Shown here: one piece after another, positions 12,001 through 14,943 of the stretch
Layout: the number at the start of each line of letters is the position of its first letter
Numbering within the stretch: the first letter of the stretch is position 1
From: Elusimicrobiota bacterium
Lineage (GTDB): Bacteria > CG03 > SLGR01 > JBDRKX01
Length of the DNA: 14,943 nucleotides
Direction: 5' to 3'
Assembly (NCBI GenBank): GCA_043813605.1
Contig: JBDRKX010000077.1
Coordinates: 1-14,943, forward strand
Made by a program: the position numbers and the translations under genes
The notes under the pieces: model-generated
The model's input: the letters and a program-made list of their open reading frames with translations, nothing else
Databases searched by the model: none
Told to the model about the DNA's origin: nothing

Positions 12001-14943
12001 GCCTTTTTCTTTTTCAGTTGTATCAGGCAGCGGTTTGATGTAAGTCTTATTGAAGGGTATCCCAAATATTCTTATCTTCAGTTCCGCCCTGACATACTCT
12101 TTATTGTCTTTTTCATCACGGTAAAAACTCATTTCATGTATCGGCCCGCCTATTATGTTCAACCATGTCCCTGATATCCCCTTGATATCCCTGACTAAAG
12201 GATTTCCCTGCTCGTCAATATATACCCTGTATTGTGTTTCACCTGAGAGTATTAATTTTATAAATGTTCCCAGCGGCAGTACTTTTTCCTTTCCCATACT
12301 GGTTGTGGTAATCAACCCTTTATCGTCTTTTTTTATTTCATTTATATCACAGAGTTTTTCTTCGAATTCTCCTCGCTTCCAGTTAATAAGATCCATCGCA
12401 TCTTTAACTTGTTCTCCTGTATACTCGCCGGGGGGAAGCCTGTGTATTACATGCAGTAGCGGTATTATTCTTCCTTCAGGATATGCCCTGTTCACATCAA
12501 CTGCTATTTTCGCAATAACCGCCGCATTGGCCGTGGCCGGAGTATCTCCGGTTTCTTCCGCTGATGTTTTTATTGCCTGTCCGAAATCATGTGCGGGCTG
12601 CTCCAGTTTCATATCCCTATCAGTATCAGCTTTGGCATAATTGTTTCTGATCACTCCAAAAGATACCACCATCACAACAACCATTACCAATCCGAATATG
12701 CGGTTGATATATTTTTTCAGATTTTTCAGGATAGGCCGTCCATATATATCTCTTTTTATTTTTTCTGCAGAAACCATGGTATCTTTCTGCACTACAACGC
12801 GTATTTTACGGAGTTTTTTCGCTCTAAGTGGCTGGCTATCAAAAAGTGCTTTTTTTATCAGGTTTTCAGATGATACTATTTTTTTCACTCCGACACTTTT
12901 AATAAGATCAAGTGTACCCTGGTCTACCCTCGAATATCGGGCGCCTATCTTACCGGGTACGTATTCCATGGCGATCTTATTGGCACCTTGCAGTATTTTC
13001 TTTAGTTTTTCCCTGGACTGTTCTCCATTTACATAGATATTTTTATTGCCTGTAATATCTTCAAAAATCCGCTGATCAAGTATTGAATAAAGCACTTCCG
13101 GTTCACCCTTCACAGGTATATAATAGAACGACTTTGTTCCTGAAAACCCTTTTCCCAGTGAAACCAGCTTATCAGCAATCGGGTTTTTGGCATATCCGCT
13201 GTATATCAACCATCCGTCAAGCCCGGCATCTAATATTTCCCGCTGGATCTGTTTTACACTTGCGTTTCCTATAAAAAATTCAGCGGATACTTTTTCTCGG
13301 ACCACAACTTCTTTTCCTATTGATTCGGCAACAACAGCATCTTTAAGCTCAACATCCTCAAAATCTTCTATACCTTCCATTAACGGTATAATATTGTCCT
13401 GGATACCTGTTACTACCCGGGGCTCACCTTTTTCATCCAGGTAAACGTCTATTTCGCTTCTTATACCAAAAACTCTTTTAACCTGGATATCGCTGTCTTC
13501 TGCAAATTTCGAATCAAGATATATACCCGGCTCAATAGAAAAACAGTACCCCGGAAAAAACTTTCCTGTATCAACTTCATTAGCTAACGGACCTTTATTA
13601 ACACCACCATGTATATCCCCATCTATACTGTGTCCTGTACCATGCACAAAGAAGTTTCCGTAACCAGCTTCTTTTATATAGTCCCTTGCCGCCGCATCTA
13701 TGTCTACTCCTCGCATATGCTGATTATTAAAAAATGCATCTTTTACAGCGTTTAGCGCTGCATCCCTTGCTCCCTTTACTATGTTGAATATTTCAGTATA
13801 TTCCTTTGGTACTTTTTTACCTACATACGCCATCCAGGTAATATCTGCAAAAACAGCATTTTCTTTATCTTTTTCTTTTGCCCATAAATCTATTAATACA
13901 AGATCACCGGGCTTAATCTCTTTGAACTTATTCTCATTTGGTATATAATGCGGATCTGAGGCATTTTCATTTATAGCTACTATCACTTCTGACAAATTTG
14001 TTTCTTGGTCCGCAGTTGTTTCAAGGTTCTCTTCCTTAAACCGATTCATAATAAACCGCTGAACGTCATATTCAGTTATTTTTTCACCTTTTACTATCAT
14101 ATCCCTGATATATCCGAATGCATCGTCTCTTACTATTGTGGTTACCAACTTAGCTGCCCTCTTGTGGCTTTCGATCTCTTCTTGACCAAGCGGTTTTATC
14201 AGATACTGGGATACATCTACAGACGTATCAATCTTAATGCCCATACCTGTAATAACCTCAAAAGTACCACCATCTACATATGACGCCCTGTAATTCTCGG
14301 CATTCGGAGAATATTCCATAACTATAGTCTTTGCTTTACCCAGCACAGATTTAAGTTCTTCTTCCAATTTATCTTGTTTATATATAATCTTTTTACCAGG
14401 CAGACCTGCCGATATCTTCTGGTCGTTTTGAGAAGTTAATACTACCGGCTCACCTTTTGCCGGTATATAGTAAAACCATGGATTAGCCGGTATGCTTTCT
14501 ATTCCCAATATACTGCGGGCAAAAGAATTTAAATCGTTATAATCATAGAAGAGCCACCCATCTTTCCCCTCATTTCTAAGTAACTCCTGGATCTTTTCGA
14601 TATTAATCTTTTCTATTCCTACTTTTTCTTTTCTAGGAGCGGCCTCTGTCTCTTTCTGCGAAATGACACGAACTTTACGGGCTTTTTTCCTGCCCAGTAC
14701 GTTAAGCGTGAATACTATCCCGGCCGACACGATCACCGCTATTGCCGCTGCCAGCGGGCCGGCGCTAACCAGCAGAACAGCCGATATACCCGCTCCGATT
14801 ACACCCGCGCCGGTTATCAATAATACACGGTACCTCGTCAGGAAATTCTTTTTAACAGGTTTTTCGGCTATCTTCAGTGTATCCTGCAGTATATCCCCGC
14901 CCTTCAGCAGTTCCTGCAGTTTCGCTATCCGGGACGCATCACG
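1..14943 (-). CDS. Internal segment (4981 aa; start and stop lie outside the window) of a giant multi-enzyme, membrane-associated protein with five exopeptidase domains from four families, a nuclease and a beta-1,2-glucan-active domain
   Basis: Manual translation of every line found no TAA/TAG/TGA in the minus frame, from 14943 (RDASRIAKLQELL...) to 1 (...LEGHHGYTIHA). Recognisable enzyme motifs occur in this same frame throughout. Confidence 0.96.
361..1620 (-). other. Protein domain: glycoamylase-like / cyclic beta-1,2-glucan synthase (Cgs/NdvB) middle domain, GH189/GH144-related
   Basis: Ordered motifs LPPDN, HRTSPTNIG, GHLYNWY, ISTVDNGNF, MRFDRLYN, YNLLLSENRIAS, PAEHW, WHGSSFE, FGKSETAY, YSPYA, GYYESVEF, YAHHSAGM, ELFH. 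These match the Cgs consensus LPPDN, HRTSPTNIG, GHFYNWY, VSTVDSGNL, YDLLASEARLAS, WSGSMFE, WGISESAY, AHHQGM. Confidence 0.9.
1984..3513 (-). other. Protein domain: PepD-like aminoacyl-histidine dipeptidase (peptidase M20)
   Basis: Motifs DDTGNILAR, VQAHMDM, LGNDNAIG, FTIDEEEDFTGA, INTD, GGKGGHSGVDIDKGRINA, GGELENAI, STVNLG, EAHTVNEKV. The expected metal ligands H, D, E, D and H are present. Confidence 0.92.
4045..5190 (-). other. Protein domain: peptidase M29 (aminopeptidase T / AmpS-like)
   Basis: Motifs NLPGMEVFVSP, TNGVFV, VENGFVTNIEGG, HIGEFAWG, NDEKIGGTVHIALGYNY, THYD, FKDG. Confidence 0.92.
5761..7200 (-). other. Protein domain: peptidase M49 (dipeptidyl-peptidase III-like, HExxH type), copy 2
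   Basis: Motifs DISGLS, PGKGLMPADMTSEEF, YTVIERRDGKLEAVPYAVKY, FYEAYIW, HELGH (6262..6276), TELIAE, GRYRLD. Confidence 0.8.
7270..8712 (-). other. Protein domain: peptidase M49 (dipeptidyl-peptidase III-like, HExxH type), copy 1
   Basis: Motifs DLSHLS, PGKGLYPADLTADEL, YTVIERENGKLKAVPYAVKY, FYEAFIW, GINYP, FLNVLK, HELGH (7792..7806), FEAVAE, YATYLAS. Confidence 0.82.
8880..9600 (-). other. Protein domain: putative zincin-like metallopeptidase of unassigned family
   Basis: ILLHEKGH (HEKGH at 9403..9417) ends a predicted helix. A downstream ESQANLYA (E at 8989..8991) fits the ExxA third-ligand pattern. Confidence 0.5.
9900..10170 (-). other. Protein domain: PD-(D/E)xK restriction-endonuclease-like nuclease (YraN/UPF0102-like)
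   Basis: GASTELYRAYQLEKQGYKVL...DIDIVAYKDGEFYYFYEVKSR matches the YraN pattern GxxxExxAxxxLxxxGYxIL...EIDIIAxxxxxLVFVEVKTR. Confidence 0.8.
11683..11733 (-). other. Internal lipoprotein-signal-like hydrophobic segment ending in lipobox LLGC
   Basis: SRISK-MLKIIFSVFLVTTLLG-C has a basic n-region, a hydrophobic h-region and LLGC. The in-frame ATG is at 11731..11733 and the Cys codon at 11683..11685. Confidence 0.55.
12628..12726 (-). other. Internal Sec-signal-like / transmembrane segment with an AxA motif
   Basis: KNLKKYINR-IFGLVMVVVMVVSFGVI-RNNYAKA followed by DTDRD gives a basic n-region, an h-region and A-K-A. Confidence 0.6.
12850..13260 (-). other. Protein domain: orphan second copy of the M24 N-terminal (creatinase-N-like) domain, with no catalytic domain
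   Basis: IQREILDAGLDGWLIY, FYYIPVKGEP, IAMEY and SRVDQGT parallel IQELLRNEGKDGWLFY, FYYIPAKGEP, IVMEY and SYVDGGT of the full copy. No catalytic motifs follow. Confidence 0.85.
13381..14604 (-). other. Protein domain: peptidase M24 (Xaa-Pro aminopeptidase/prolidase-like), complete
   Basis: Motifs DGWLFYD, MEYSP, ITEYDVQ, SDPHY, GDLVLIDLWAK, ADITW, DAAAR, HGTGHSI, FSIEPGIY, GIRSEIDV. All five metal ligands (D, D, H, E, E) are present. Confidence 0.95.
14695..14826 (-). other. Predicted transmembrane helical hairpin (two Gly/Ala-rich helices)
   Basis: About 44 uncharged residues, VLLITGAGVIGAGISAVLLVSAGPLAAAIAVIVSAGIVFTLNVL, with a central GP turn and basic flanks (TRYR and GRKKARK). Confidence 0.8.

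Noticed and set aside
549..14283. All + strand ORFs in the supplied track (for example 4492..5139, 5266..5895, 6259..7026)
   Set aside because: They lie antisense to the continuous minus-strand gene, the longest ones share its codon register, and they have atypical composition with no recognisable motifs.
14785..14826. VLLITGAGVIG as a Rossmann NAD/FAD-binding GxGxxG motif
   Set aside because: It continues into about 30 more uncharged residues with no second strand ending in an acidic residue, which fits a membrane hairpin better.
1..14943. An operon of separate peptidase genes, or stop-codon reassignment producing an apparent fusion
   Set aside because: I found no TAA, TAG or TGA in frame and no intergenic gaps, so neither separate genes nor recoding is needed.
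1..14943. CRISPR array, tRNA/rRNA, IS element or intein
   Set aside because: I noticed no regularly spaced DNA repeats, RNA gene signatures, transposase motifs or intein splice motifs by eye.

Overview
I translated the minus strand by hand in the frame whose codons begin at + positions 1, 4, 7 and so on. The whole window (1..14943, 4981 codons) is one uninterrupted ORF with no in-frame stop, open at both ends, which is probably why the supplied ORF track misses it. The + strand ORFs in the track look like antisense shadows. The encoded segment of this giant protein (>4,980 aa) is a chain of enzymes. In N-to-C order (high to low coordinates): a membrane hairpin; a complete M24 Xaa-Pro-type aminopeptidase plus an orphan copy of its N-domain; two internal signal-peptide-like segments (Sec/AxA and lipobox), each followed by a short hydrophobic+basic segment; an HE-motif domain; a YraN-like PD-(D/E)xK nuclease; an HExxH zincin-like domain; two tandem, remodelled M49 (DPP III-like) domains; an M29 aminopeptidase; a PepD-type M20 dipeptidase; and the glycoamylase/GH189-like domain of cyclic beta-1,2-glucan synthase. 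The architecture resembles giant multi-enzyme membrane proteins of Omnitrophota and similar putative predatory or epibiotic bacteria, but that is inference and taxonomy was not determined. Domain calls rest on motifs recognised by eye, and boundaries are approximate.
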